A stretch of DNA of 27,555 bases from a virus (IMGVR_UViG_3300044724_000190:1-27555), one strand, 5' to 3'. Counted from the stretch's first letter, positions 9,041 through 18,302 are shown. Program-made: numbers and translations. Notes: generated from the letters alone by a model not told the origin.

Positions 9041-9204
9041 TGTGGGTTTTAGTCTGGATACATCTATTAAATGGTAACATGGAGCATTATCAATTAGGCA
9101 CATTCTCTACTGAAGATGCGTGTTATGCCGAAAAAAACAAAGCAAAAGTCCTCAGAAAAACCCAAAATTCGGGACTCTTTTGCCTCGTCGTTGAGGTCAA
9201 ATAA
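9040..9204 (+). CDS. 54-aa protein with hydrophobic N-terminus and two Cys (below ORF-track cutoff)
   Basis: MWVLVWIHLLNGNMEHYQLGTFSTEDACYAEKNKAKVLRKTQNSGLFCLVVEVK; TGATG coupling to the upstream gene. Confidence 0.7.
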   Translation: MWVLVWIHLLNGNMEHYQLGTFSTEDACYAEKNKAKVLRKTQNSGLFCLVVEVK

Positions 9205-9316
9205 GTTGGGACAATACGTTGTATATGACAAATTTGGAAAAGTGGTTATAATCACGCATCATAAGCGCATAGCAGAAAGGTATGCATATGACAGTAACGA
9301 TGGAACGCTTTCTTGA
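9191..9316 (+). CDS. Small hypothetical protein (start uncertain)
   Basis: 3' part of ORF 9116..9316 (GQYVVYDKFGKVVIITHHKRIAERY) fills the gap between neighbours; TTG at 9191 chosen tentatively. Confidence 0.45.
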   Translation: MRSNKLGQYVVYDKFGKVVIITHHKRIAERYAYDSNDGTLS

Positions 9317-9491
9317 ATGGAAGATAATGCCTCGCCTAATGATGTTGGTTATGACGGTTATGTATATCCGTGTGATCGAATGGGGTATGTCGCTTGATGA
9401 CTTGTCAACACAGCAAAGCGCAATGATCAGTGTTGTGTCTGGGGCAATGACTGGAACGATAGCCGTGTGGCTTGGGAGTGAGAAAAAATGA
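9288..9491 (+). CDS. Two-TM holin-like membrane protein
   Basis: GAAAGG SD 7 nt before ATG 9288; two hydrophobic helices; basic C-terminus EKK. Confidence 0.65.
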   Translation: MTVTMERFLEWKIMPRLMMLVMTVMYIRVIEWGMSLDDLSTQQSAMISVVSGAMTGTIAVWLGSEKK

Positions 9492-9946
9492 TGACCTTAC
9501 TAGGGAGCCTGTTGGGGTTTGGTACGTCGTTTCTGCCAGAGGTTTTGAACTACTTCAAAGCTGGGCAAGAACACAAACACAATCTTGAACGTATGCATCT
9601 TGAGATGGATCTGATGCAAAAACGCTCAGAGCTAAAGCTGCAAATTATGGACAAGCAAGCTGACATCAAAGAAGCAGAGGGACTATATCGACATGACAGC
9701 ATCGACGCTGGTGGATTTGTTAATGCGCTCAGAGGTTCAGTCCGTCCTGTCATCACTTATGCTTTTTTTGGCCTTTTCGTGGCCATCAAAGTCGTGGCTG
9801 TAATGACCATGATGAATGAACAGGGCGCTGACTTGGCTGGCGCTTTGAATGTAATTTGGGATGACAACACGGCTGGCTTGTTTGCAGCTATCATGTCGTT
9901 CTGGTTTGGTAATCGTGCGGTTTCTAAGTATTACGGTAAGAAGTGA
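9488..9946 (+). CDS. Holin, GTA_holin_3TM-like
   Basis: SVRPVITY...IMSFWFGNR motif, three hydrophobic segments, close to the endolysin. Confidence 0.75.
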   Translation: MMTLLGSLLGFGTSFLPEVLNYFKAGQEHKHNLERMHLEMDLMQKRSELKLQIMDKQADIKEAEGLYRHDSIDAGGFVNALRGSVRPVITYAFFGLFVAIKVVAVMTMMNEQGADLAGALNVIWDDNTAGLFAAIMSFWFGNRAVSKYYGKK

Positions 9947-10311
9947 TGGAAAACTTAAAAGTACCTATAGCGCTTGTCGCGGCAATGGCTGTCCAGCTTG
10001 CTGGGGGTGTGTGGTGGGTATCGCAACAAGCTGCAACTATCGCAAGCCTCGAAGAAACAGTTAGTCAGCTTGGATCTAAGATGGCTATCGAAGATAACGT
10101 CAATCTCAAGCGTGACGTTAAAGATGCGTTTATGGAAATACAGTATCTGTGGGATGAAACCGAAGAGATTTGGGAAGACCACGAACAACTTGCTTCTACT
10201 ATAAAGGCTATTACCACATTGCAGCAGCGCGTGGCGTTGCTTGAAAACGAACTCAAATACATCAATCGTGACCATGAAGGTATGCTTGATATGAAGGGGA
10301 GTATGAAATGA
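9946..10311 (+). CDS. N-terminal TM plus coiled-coil protein (possibly spanin-like)
   Basis: Hydrophobic N-terminus (IALVAAMAVQLAGGVWWV) followed by heptad-rich helix, between holin and endolysin. Confidence 0.65.
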   Translation: MENLKVPIALVAAMAVQLAGGVWWVSQQAATIASLEETVSQLGSKMAIEDNVNLKRDVKDAFMEIQYLWDETEEIWEDHEQLASTIKAITTLQQRVALLENELKYINRDHEGMLDMKGSMK

Positions 10312-10946
10312 GCAAGGCATTACGTCTACTTCAGGAAAAGTGTGGATGCACAGCAGATGGTGCATTTGGACCCAATACAGCGCGTGGCATCGCAAAATAC
10401 TATGAGCTATCCCCAGTTCGTGGCGCACACTTGCTAGGCCAAGTTGTCCATGAATCTGGATCTTTCCGATACACTAAGGAAAACCTTAACTACTCTGTCG
10501 ATGCCTTGATGAAGGTGTGGCCTAATCGATTCCCAGACGAAAAAACAGCAGAGCCGTTTTCACGAAACCCAAAGGCACTTGCTGAACAAGTCTACTTTGA
10601 TGAGAATCGTGGCAAAAACTACAAGCTTGGCAACGACACTAAGGAAAAAGCCAGCCTGTACATTGGACGCGGATTTATCCAGTTGACTGGCTATAACAAC
10701 GTCAAAGCCTTTGCATCAGATATGAAAGCACCAGAAGTGCTAACAGATCCAACAAAGCTTGAAGAAGATTACGCGATGGATACAGCGGTTTGGTTCTTCA
10801 ACAAAAACAATCTCTGGAAAATTTGTGATGAAGGCGTTACAGATGATGTAATCAAGAAGCTTACAAAACGCATAAATGGTGGTTATACTGGACTTGATCA
10901 TCGTATCAAAGAAACCAAAAAGATCCACGCATGGCTTGAGGGTTAA
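10308..10946 (+). CDS. Glycoside hydrolase family 19 endolysin
   Basis: LGQVVHESG.F....ENLNYS, YIGRGFIQLTG..N, AVWFF, TKRINGG..GL.HR motifs; N-terminal ADGAFGPNT peptidoglycan-binding-like motif. Confidence 0.92.
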   Translation: MSKALRLLQEKCGCTADGAFGPNTARGIAKYYELSPVRGAHLLGQVVHESGSFRYTKENLNYSVDALMKVWPNRFPDEKTAEPFSRNPKALAEQVYFDENRGKNYKLGNDTKEKASLYIGRGFIQLTGYNNVKAFASDMKAPEVLTDPTKLEEDYAMDTAVWFFNKNNLWKICDEGVTDDVIKKLTKRINGGYTGLDHRIKETKKIHAWLEG

Positions 10947-10948
10947 AG

Positions 10949-13099
10949 ATGCCGCTACAACTCCTAAAATATGACCCCGGCATTGTTAAAGACATCACAG
11001 AGTATGCTGCTGGTAAAAACGGTCCATTTTGGGTGGATGCTAATCTAGTTCGTTTTCGCAATGGCTATCCAACTAAAATTGGTGGTTGGCAAAAAGAAGA
11101 CATGACCAAGCTGGACCCCAGCGGAACGGTCACTCAAGATACTGTCTCACTGACAGGCATTGCACGGAAAGCTGTGTATTGGAGAGCGTTGTCAGATGGT
11201 GAAGACTATATGGCAATCGGCACTCACAACCACCTCTTCATCTTGTTGAATGGTGCGTTGTACGACATCACACCATTGCGCGATGAATCAGACACACAGA
11301 CAACTACGACAGAGGCGTTGGATGCTGTCGAGACAGACATCGACGTAGCAAGCGTAGATGGCCTTATCAGCGCTGGTTTTATCAAGATTGATGACGAAAT
11401 CATAGAGTACACTGGCATTAGCTCTCTGACGCTTACAGGCTGTACCAGAGGCACTAACGGCACAACTGCTGACACACACGCAGATGGCGCGACAGTAACT
11501 CAAGTTTTGATTAACCCACTGTCCACCACAAGCGGCAGCACAACGGTCACAGTTACAGACGTGGATCATGGCGCTGAGACAGGCGATTGGGTTAGAATCA
11601 GTGGCGCTGATGCAATCGGTGGCATCCCAGCAGATGAAATAAACGACTACTACGGATATCAGGTTACTGTCTTAACAGCTAACACATACACAATCGAACT
11701 ACCCACAGCGGCTACATCGACGGTTCCAACTCCCCCAGCTACAGAAGGTGGCGGTGGCAATGGTATCGCAATCAAATATCTGATTGGTATTGATGAAGGA
11801 TTAGGCGCACAAAGCTCTGACCCTGCGCTTGGTTGGGGCGTTGGTGGCTGGGGCGGCACTGCTGGCGGTCCGGGCTGGGGTAAAGCTCGAACAATTGATG
11901 AAGCCGACGTTGCCTTGGACAATAGCTCTTGGAACCTCAACCTCTGGGGCGAAGATTTAATTGCAACAGTGCGTAATGGTGCGATATACTATTGGGATAC
12001 CTCTGGTGGTATCGGTAATCGCGCTGTTTTGGCATCATCACTTGCTGGCGCAGAAAGTGTTCCATCTGTCGCGCGTATCACCACTGTGTCTTTCCCAGAT
12101 CGTCACTTTATTACTGCTGGCTGTCAGGCTTATGAAGCTGGTGGCGGTGGCGATGTTGATGACATGCTGGTGCGTTGGTCTACGCAAGAAGACTTCACAA
12201 AGTTTGCGCCAACTGCACTAAACACTTCTGGCGACCAGCGACTGCAAGTTGGTACAAAGATCGTGGCCATCGTCAATGCGCGTGAAGAAACCATCATATC
12301 CACTGACGAAGCCATCTACGGCATGACATTTGTGGGTGCGCCTTTCATCTTCTCATTCCGTCTACTGGCCACAGATGCTGGAGCGGCTGGTATAAACACA
12401 ATGATCAGCATCGACGGCAACGTGTTCTGGATGGGTGAGCGTAACTTCTTCGCATACGATGGTATCGTCAAAGAGCTATCATGCCCAGTTAAGTATTACG
12501 TCTTTGATCGCATGATCAACCGCTACATGGACAAAGTGGTTGTTGGCCACAACAAGCAGTTCAAGGAAATCACTTGGTTCTACGTCAGCGAAGACAACGT
12601 CACAAACATCAATCCAGAGCCAGACAGCTACGTCACATATAACTATGTCGAGAATGCATGGTCGATTGGATCAATGGATAGAACCACATGGAACGACACA
12701 TTCGGCGCTCGAACAGAGCCGTTTGCGTTTGACCCTGATGGGTTCCTTTACAATCACGAAACAGGCACAAGCGCAGATGGCGCGGCCATGAATGCATACA
12801 TCGAAAGCTCACCGCGCGAACTAACTGCTGAAGGTGAAAACTTGTATTTGGTTGACAAGATCGTGCCAAACGTCACCATGTCAGCTAACACATCGATGGA
12901 TCTGTACCTGAACACACGCAAATATCCATCTGCCCCTGAGACAGTCAAAGGTCCGTTTGCGATGACAAGCACAACTGAAAAGGTCAGTGTCCGTGCCAAG
13001 GGTCGTCAGGTTAGTGTGAAGTTCCAAACGACAGGAACACAGGATGATTGGTCACTGGGTGACTTTAGAATTAACACAAGAGCGGATAGTTTGCGATGA
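10949..13099 (+). CDS. Tail hub/nozzle protein (tail tubular B / P22 gp10-like)
   Basis: 716 aa; W.D.NLVRFRNG.P.KIGGW N-terminus, VRWS.QED, VFWMG..NFF.YDG.V..L.CPV, EITWFY and C-terminal RAKGRQ motifs. Confidence 0.8.
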   Translation: MPLQLLKYDPGIVKDITEYAAGKNGPFWVDANLVRFRNGYPTKIGGWQKEDMTKLDPSGTVTQDTVSLTGIARKAVYWRALSDGEDYMAIGTHNHLFILLNGALYDITPLRDESDTQTTTTEALDAVETDIDVASVDGLISAGFIKIDDEIIEYTGISSLTLTGCTRGTNGTTADTHADGATVTQVLINPLSTTSGSTTVTVTDVDHGAETGDWVRISGADAIGGIPADEINDYYGYQVTVLTANTYTIELPTAATSTVPTPPATEGGGGNGIAIKYLIGIDEGLGAQSSDPALGWGVGGWGGTAGGPGWGKARTIDEADVALDNSSWNLNLWGEDLIATVRNGAIYYWDTSGGIGNRAVLASSLAGAESVPSVARITTVSFPDRHFITAGCQAYEAGGGGDVDDMLVRWSTQEDFTKFAPTALNTSGDQRLQVGTKIVAIVNAREETIISTDEAIYGMTFVGAPFIFSFRLLATDAGAAGINTMISIDGNVFWMGERNFFAYDGIVKELSCPVKYYVFDRMINRYMDKVVVGHNKQFKEITWFYVSEDNVTNINPEPDSYVTYNYVENAWSIGSMDRTTWNDTFGARTEPFAFDPDGFLYNHETGTSADGAAMNAYIESSPRELTAEGENLYLVDKIVPNVTMSANTSMDLYLNTRKYPSAPETVKGPFAMTSTTEKVSVRAKGRQVSVKFQTTGTQDDWSLGDFRINTRADSLR

Positions 13100-13287
13100 C
13101 ACAAAGAACAGGCCAAGGTCTTGCGACATTACGACTGCCTTCACCCCCTGAAGACTATAGTCAGGGATACATGGCACGTCTGACCAACACGCTCGAACTA
13201 GAAAAACAAGCCACATATTTCGCTGCATCTGTCGGTCTGACAAACGCAGTAGATCAGGCTGAAGCTACAGCGTGGTTCATGACGTAA
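13096..13287 (+). CDS. Small tail-associated protein
   Basis: LRLPSPPEDYS..Y..RL...LE motif typical of the gene following the nozzle; ATGA and TAATG coupling. Confidence 0.7.
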   Translation: MTQRTGQGLATLRLPSPPEDYSQGYMARLTNTLELEKQATYFAASVGLTNAVDQAEATAWFMT

Positions 13288-13610
13288 TGGCAAACAATTA
13301 CAAAAACGCAAAAGTCGATCTGACAACCACAGACGCCACAACGCTCTACACTTGCCCAGCGGCGACGACGGCTATCGTTAAGTCAATCTTGGTGTCAGAA
13401 GACAGCGGAAATGCAGATAGTATTACGGTCACAATTACCGACTCAGACAGTAATGTGTTTAGCATCTTTAAAACTAAGGCAATATCTGCTAATGCTACAG
13501 ATGAGCTTTTGACTAATCCTCTTGTTGTACAAGAGAACGAAATTATTAAGGTTACAGCGGCAGCGGCAGATCGGCTGCATGTTGTAGCGAGTTTACTGGA
13601 GGTAAGCTAA
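13287..13610 (+). CDS. Small virion structural protein
   Basis: Start at TAATG (13287): MANNYKNAKVDLTTT..TTLYTCP..TTAIVKSILVS...LHVVASLLEV. Confidence 0.8.
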   Translation: MANNYKNAKVDLTTTDATTLYTCPAATTAIVKSILVSEDSGNADSITVTITDSDSNVFSIFKTKAISANATDELLTNPLVVQENEIIKVTAAAADRLHVVASLLEVS

Positions 13611-14569
13611 TGCCTGTTGTTGTTGGTCCTGATGGGAACATAGTCAATACGTCAAACATTATTGGTTCGAGCTTGATACCTAACTTGGCCCCAAACATTG
13701 GGGCTTTGGCTAATGTAGGTGGCGCAATGATCGATGCGCCAGTAACCAACGAAGACGGCACAATCACGCTACCAACTATCGAACTAACATCTCGCGACCC
13801 CGGACTTGCATTGGGTGATATGCAAAAACTTTACGGCACAAAGTACATGCCGATGTTCCAGTTCATTGAAGCCCAGCAGACAGGCACGATGACCTATGAC
13901 CCTGCTGAAGACTTGAACATGACATCTGAAGAGATGGATCAGCTTCGCCAAGAGTTCGAAGAAACATATAATATGACAGCAGACCAAGCGTTGATGCAAG
14001 CACAGATAGCTCGCGCTGGACAAAAGACGATGGGAGCGACTGCTGGGCAAGTAGCCAGTAAAGCGGCCCAAGCTATGGTTGGTGGAGCTGATCTTGGAGA
14101 AGGTGCTTTAGCTGGCTTAAATACTTTAAACCCATTCAAGGGAATGATGCCAAAAGCTCCACAAGCTTTATATGGTGTTGAAGGTAGCACAAGGCAATTT
14201 ACAAACTTAGCAGACGCTAGTGCATATAAAAAACTATTCCCTGATGCAAAAATAACTGAATTACCACAAGCTGAAGCCCCCAAAGACTTTATGGCAGAAG
14301 GCTTAAAGGCTATGCAGGGTGATCCTGAAAAAATTGGGACAGGTTTTCAAGCTATCGGAAACCGTCTATATGGATCAGAAGCGGCTACAGCTAACTTTAA
14401 GGTTACAGCGGCTGGTGCTGGTATGGATTTTGTTACCCAAGTTGCTATGGGTGCAGATCCTATGGAAGCTGCAAAAGACGCTGGTAAAACGGCTGTTCTC
14501 TCATACGTCGCAAACGCAATCATCCCCGGCTCTGGTGCAATTGTCGGGTTCTTGTCTAAATTCTTCTAA
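13610..14569 (+). CDS. Putative internal virion protein
   Basis: 319 aa, Ala/Gly/Met-rich with hydrophobic C-terminus (IIPGSGAIVGFLSKFF); GGAGG SD; position before the ejection genes. Confidence 0.6.
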   Translation: MPVVVGPDGNIVNTSNIIGSSLIPNLAPNIGALANVGGAMIDAPVTNEDGTITLPTIELTSRDPGLALGDMQKLYGTKYMPMFQFIEAQQTGTMTYDPAEDLNMTSEEMDQLRQEFEETYNMTADQALMQAQIARAGQKTMGATAGQVASKAAQAMVGGADLGEGALAGLNTLNPFKGMMPKAPQALYGVEGSTRQFTNLADASAYKKLFPDAKITELPQAEAPKDFMAEGLKAMQGDPEKIGTGFQAIGNRLYGSEAATANFKVTAAGAGMDFVTQVAMGADPMEAAKDAGKTAVLSYVANAIIPGSGAIVGFLSKFF

Positions 14570-14581
14570 AAGGAGCCTATC

Positions 14582-14938
14582 ATGGCACGACAACCACAAA
14601 TGAACCAAAGACCAGAAATGCCTGACATGCGTGGCGCAAGTATGCCACGCCAGCAAGGTCAAGCGCCTGATCAAGCCACGACTAATCGTGCAGCTCAAAA
14701 CGTGATGCAGCCATCAGCAGAGTTGGCAGCAGTTTTGGTGTCTCGACTAGGCGCAATGTCAGACGAGCAACTAGCGCAGCTAGATCGTGCGATTACACCA
14801 GAAGCGGCAAAGGCACTGCTAATGCTACTTCCTGAACTTCGCGCTTTGATGCAAGCGATCTCACAAAGTGGACAAGCGCCACGTCAGCAACAGCAGCAAT
14901 CTGGTCCACAGATGGGCGCACTAGGTGGTATGGGGTAA
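14582..14938 (+). CDS. Gln/Met/Ala-rich hypothetical virion protein
   Basis: AAGGAG SD; low-complexity termini around a helical core. Confidence 0.7.
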   Translation: MARQPQMNQRPEMPDMRGASMPRQQGQAPDQATTNRAAQNVMQPSAELAAVLVSRLGAMSDEQLAQLDRAITPEAAKALLMLLPELRALMQAISQSGQAPRQQQQQSGPQMGALGGMG

Positions 14939-15372
14939 TGCTGAGACTCGCAACAGTCGAGGATCTTTCTGAATTATATGTAATGCTGCATGTAATGCAC
15001 TCTGAGACTGTTGACGAAGTTCCTTCCATCGACTCTGAAAAACTAACTGCTGCCATCAATAACGCAATCCACAAAGGCTTTGTGTTGATATACGAAATTG
15101 ATGGAAAGATTGCTGGATCAATGGCTGGCCTAGATAGCTCAGACTGGTGGTCCACGGAAAAATATATAGCTGATCTCTGGTTTTTCGTCTACAAAGAGCA
15201 TAGAGCATCAAGAGCGGCAATTAGTTTGGTCAAAAGCTTTATGAAGATCGCAAAAGATACAAATATGAAGGTAAAGCTGGGACACGTTTATTCTGGCGAC
15301 CATGAACGAAAAGATAAGTTTTACAAGCGTCTTGGCTTAAACAAGGTCGGATCGCTCTACACGGAGGCTTAA
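14938..15372 (+). CDS. GNAT-family acetyltransferase-like protein (virion module)
   Basis: LRLATVEDL N-terminus, FFVYKEHRASRAAISLV (motif A-like), KFYKRLGL (motif B). Confidence 0.85.
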   Translation: MLRLATVEDLSELYVMLHVMHSETVDEVPSIDSEKLTAAINNAIHKGFVLIYEIDGKIAGSMAGLDSSDWWSTEKYIADLWFFVYKEHRASRAAISLVKSFMKIAKDTNMKVKLGHVYSGDHERKDKFYKRLGLNKVGSLYTEA

Positions 15373-16872
15373 ATGGGCGGTTTTTGCACACCATCATACA
15401 GTGAGCTACCTGAATCAACAGAAGTTGTAGAAGGTACAGAAATCCCACAATGGGTTGCTGAAGCAGGGCGTAGAATTTTCACAGATGCATCAGGAATTGC
15501 TAGTTCGCCTTATCCAATTTATCAAGGCGAAAGAACAGCAACTTTTGATGGCAGCACTTTAACAGCAGATGAACGCGCTGGTATGGAAATACTGCGCTCT
15601 GGTGCTGAAAACTATCTACCCTATATGAACCGTGCCTCTGCCATTGCCAACACGCTAGGACAAGGATACGACTCTATGAGCCGTGCTGAGTTGCTGGGAG
15701 ATCCATACAGTGGTGCAAGCCGTGCTTATCTGGAAGGTGACTTTCAAGGCTTGTCAGCAGATGAGCTTCTAGGACAATATCAGGGTGCAACACGCGACGA
15801 ACTGCTTGGTCAGTATGAGGGCGCGACACGCGAGGATCTTCTTGGTCAGTACCAAGGTGCAACACGCGAAGAGTTGATTGGTCAAACTGGCGAAGAGCTT
15901 TTGGGTGGCCCCTTCTCAATGGACGCTGCACAAGAGTACATGGACATCTATCAACGGTCTATGGACCCAGCTATCCGTGAAATCGAAGAGCAGACAATTC
16001 AAGCGCAAAACCAAGCACGACAAGCAGCAGCGCGTAGTGGTGCATTTGGTGGATCTCGACTAGGCATCCTCGAAGGCACAGCGGCTGGTGAAGGATCAAG
16101 AGCGGCTGGAGATCTACGCGCACAGGCAGCGCGTGAAGGTCTGGGATTTGCAGCGCAACGCTTTGACACAGAACGCCAAGATCGTTTGGCACAAGCAGAG
16201 CGAGATCGTGCAGCACGATTTGGTGCGGAAGATGTCATGCGTGGCCAATTCATGGAAGATCGCCAAGCGCGTTTCGGAGCAGAGGATGTCATGCGAGATC
16301 GCTTCATGGCAGATCAGCAAGCGCGGTTTGGTGCAGAAGATGTTATGCGCGGTCAGTTCATGGAAGATCGCTCTGGTCGCTTCTCAGCAGAAGATATGCG
16401 CAGAGAGCAAGCAGAGGCAGATCGCGCTGCAAGATTCGGCGCAGAAGACATCATGTATGGTCGCTATGGTGATGAACGTGCGGCACGTTTTGGAGCAGAA
16501 GAGGCAAGACGCCAAGGCTTCGAGACAGACGAAGCAGCTCGTATTGCTCAGATGAACGCCTACCAAAACATGGGTGGCTTGGTCATGGATCTGCAAAACC
16601 GTGCAGCGGCTGGGCTTATTTCTTCTGGCGAGGCGCAGCGTATCTTGGATCAACGTGCGCTCGACTTGGCATACGCAGATTACTTAGATCAAAAGCAGTA
16701 TCCAATGGAAATGGTCAACTTCGCACTTGGTGCATTGTCTGGTACACCATACAGCACAAGAAGCCGTAGCTATGAAGTGGGAACTAGCATGGCAGCAAAC
16801 CCATCAGTTTACGCGCAGCTTCTCAGCGGTCTGGGCGCAGGGTACAGCGCCTATAAGATGGCAAACGATTAA
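15373..16872 (+). CDS. Internal virion / DNA ejection protein with tandem repeats
   Basis: IPQWV, PYPIYQGERTA, GAFGGSR, Q..LD..Y..YLDQ..YP motifs of podovirus ejection proteins; hydrophobic C-terminus. Confidence 0.8.
   Translation: MGGFCTPSYSELPESTEVVEGTEIPQWVAEAGRRIFTDASGIASSPYPIYQGERTATFDGSTLTADERAGMEILRSGAENYLPYMNRASAIANTLGQGYDSMSRAELLGDPYSGASRAYLEGDFQGLSADELLGQYQGATRDELLGQYEGATREDLLGQYQGATREELIGQTGEELLGGPFSMDAAQEYMDIYQRSMDPAIREIEEQTIQAQNQARQAAARSGAFGGSRLGILEGTAAGEGSRAAGDLRAQAAREGLGFAAQRFDTERQDRLAQAERDRAARFGAEDVMRGQFMEDRQARFGAEDVMRDRFMADQQARFGAEDVMRGQFMEDRSGRFSAEDMRREQAEADRAARFGAEDIMYGRYGDERAARFGAEEARRQGFETDEAARIAQMNAYQNMGGLVMDLQNRAAAGLISSGEAQRILDQRALDLAYADYLDQKQYPMEMVNFALGALSGTPYSTRSRSYEVGTSMAANPSVYAQLLSGLGAGYSAYKMAND
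15658..15906 (+). repeat. In-frame 12-aa (36-nt) tandem repeats GQYQGATRxELL
   Basis: GQYQGATRDELL / GQYEGATREDLL / GQYQGATREELI plus degenerate flanking units. Confidence 0.85.
16204..16542 (+). repeat. In-frame 18-aa (54-nt) tandem repeats DRxARFGAEDxMRxxFME, six full units
   Basis: Units start at 16204 and recur every 54 nt to 16528. Confidence 0.9.
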
Positions 16873-16882
16873 GGGGTAGATC

Positions 16883-18301
16883 ATGGCAGCAAAAACACGC
16901 CTTGGAGCCACAGGAAGCAGCGTAAACGACATGGGTAACATGGGTGCTTTGACCCCCATCTTAGGTCAGTTGGCTGGCGGCACAAAGCGTGGCCAGATGG
17001 CTATCGACTTTGCCCAGCAGCTTTACCCTGAAGTTGAGAAGCCTGACCCATATGAGGCGGCGTTGCAATACTTCCTTGAGATGGGGCGTCAGGCGTCACA
17101 GCCGGGTGCTACTGTATTAGGATCTGCTGTGGGAGCGATGCAAGCACCAGCCGATTACCTATCTGCCAAGAAGAAAGAGAAGAAAGAAACAGACCGTGCG
17201 CGGATGCAGACTGCGTTGTCTCTTGCGCCAAGTCTGAAGCCGAAGCCAGTGGCTGGATCTACAAAAGCAGTTAAAGTTGTTGATAAAGACGGTAACGTCA
17301 AATTTATGTCTGAGTCTGAGGCGATACGAACACAAGCTACTCCTTACATAGCAGACAAAACAACTACTACATTTAAAGAACGCAAATTCTTTAAAACTGG
17401 CTTTGACCCTGTTGTCGTTAAAAACGAAGCTGATGCATTGCAGTTTGAAAACCAAGGTTGGGCCACTGTCCCACCTGAAGATTGGACTGACAGTAAGGGT
17501 GGAACGGACGAAGACGCAGCAGAAGTTCAAGCAAGTAAAATACTTGATAGCGGCGTAATTGTTTATGCATTTAAAGATGGTACACGCAAAGTTGTGGATG
17601 GCCTTGGCAACGAAGTAACTGGTGAAGATGCAGCTAAAGCGATTGAAGAAGCTGAAGAGCGTGGCATTGAGCTTCAACGTGAAAGAGCTGGTGGAAGACG
17701 TGCTGGCACTGTTGGTGTTGACACTGCACTTGCTGCATTTGAAAGAGTTGGTGAGATTCGAACAAACATTGCCAACCTAGAAGAAGCGAAAAGACTTCTT
17801 CTGCCTGAAGATCAAGGCGGCGGTGGAGCAAACTCTGGTCAGCTTGCTGATCTATTGCCCAACTGGAAAGCTTCAACAATCGCTCTTGAAAACGTCAAGA
17901 ACCGTCTTGGTCTAGATGTTGTCGGATCTGTTACCTTCGGCGCTCTAAGCGAAAGTGAATTGAACATGGCGCTCAACACAGCGCTACCAACAAACATGCC
18001 AGAAGATCAGTTGATCCAGTGGCTAGATGATAAGATCAAAGCACAGAACAAGCTTATGGCCTATCTAAACGATCAGGCAATCTTCTTATCTGATGGTGAC
18101 AAGACAGTTGGTGACTGGTTGCGTCACGTCAGAGAAAAGCAAGAAGAGCTAAAACGCATCGAAGCAGAGCGTAAACAAGCTGGAACAAACTTTGATTTCA
18201 GCACAATGGATGAAGAAGCGTTGCAAGATGTGGATCTTTCTTCATTAGATGACGATCAGCTTGATGCATTTTTAAAGCGAATGGCAGAACTGGGTTTGTA
18301 A
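16883..18301 (+). CDS. DNA ejection protein, P22 gp20-like
   Basis: 472 aa, helical; LGLDVVGSVTFGALSESEL..AL.TALP motif recalled from gp20-like DNA transfer proteins; synteny. Confidence 0.6.
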   Translation: MAAKTRLGATGSSVNDMGNMGALTPILGQLAGGTKRGQMAIDFAQQLYPEVEKPDPYEAALQYFLEMGRQASQPGATVLGSAVGAMQAPADYLSAKKKEKKETDRARMQTALSLAPSLKPKPVAGSTKAVKVVDKDGNVKFMSESEAIRTQATPYIADKTTTTFKERKFFKTGFDPVVVKNEADALQFENQGWATVPPEDWTDSKGGTDEDAAEVQASKILDSGVIVYAFKDGTRKVVDGLGNEVTGEDAAKAIEEAEERGIELQRERAGGRRAGTVGVDTALAAFERVGEIRTNIANLEEAKRLLLPEDQGGGGANSGQLADLLPNWKASTIALENVKNRLGLDVVGSVTFGALSESELNMALNTALPTNMPEDQLIQWLDDKIKAQNKLMAYLNDQAIFLSDGDKTVGDWLRHVREKQEELKRIEAERKQAGTNFDFSTMDEEALQDVDLSSLDDDQLDAFLKRMAELGL

Positions 18302-18302
18302 A

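Noticed and set aside
9116-9204. A-AAA-AAC slippery site fusing 9040..9204 to the 9116..9316 frame, or an Rz/Rz1-like overlap
   Set aside because: The overlapping frame is +1, not -1, and neither product has a lipobox.
11290-11720. Inserted GCTRG..GTTA..H and FCCH-like beta modules in the nozzle protein
   Set aside because: These are common accessory modules of marine phage tail proteins, not evidence of a ubiquitin-like system.
15658-16542. Periodic 36/54-nt repeats as a CRISPR array
   Set aside because: They are in-frame coding repeats with synonymous variation and no unique spacers.
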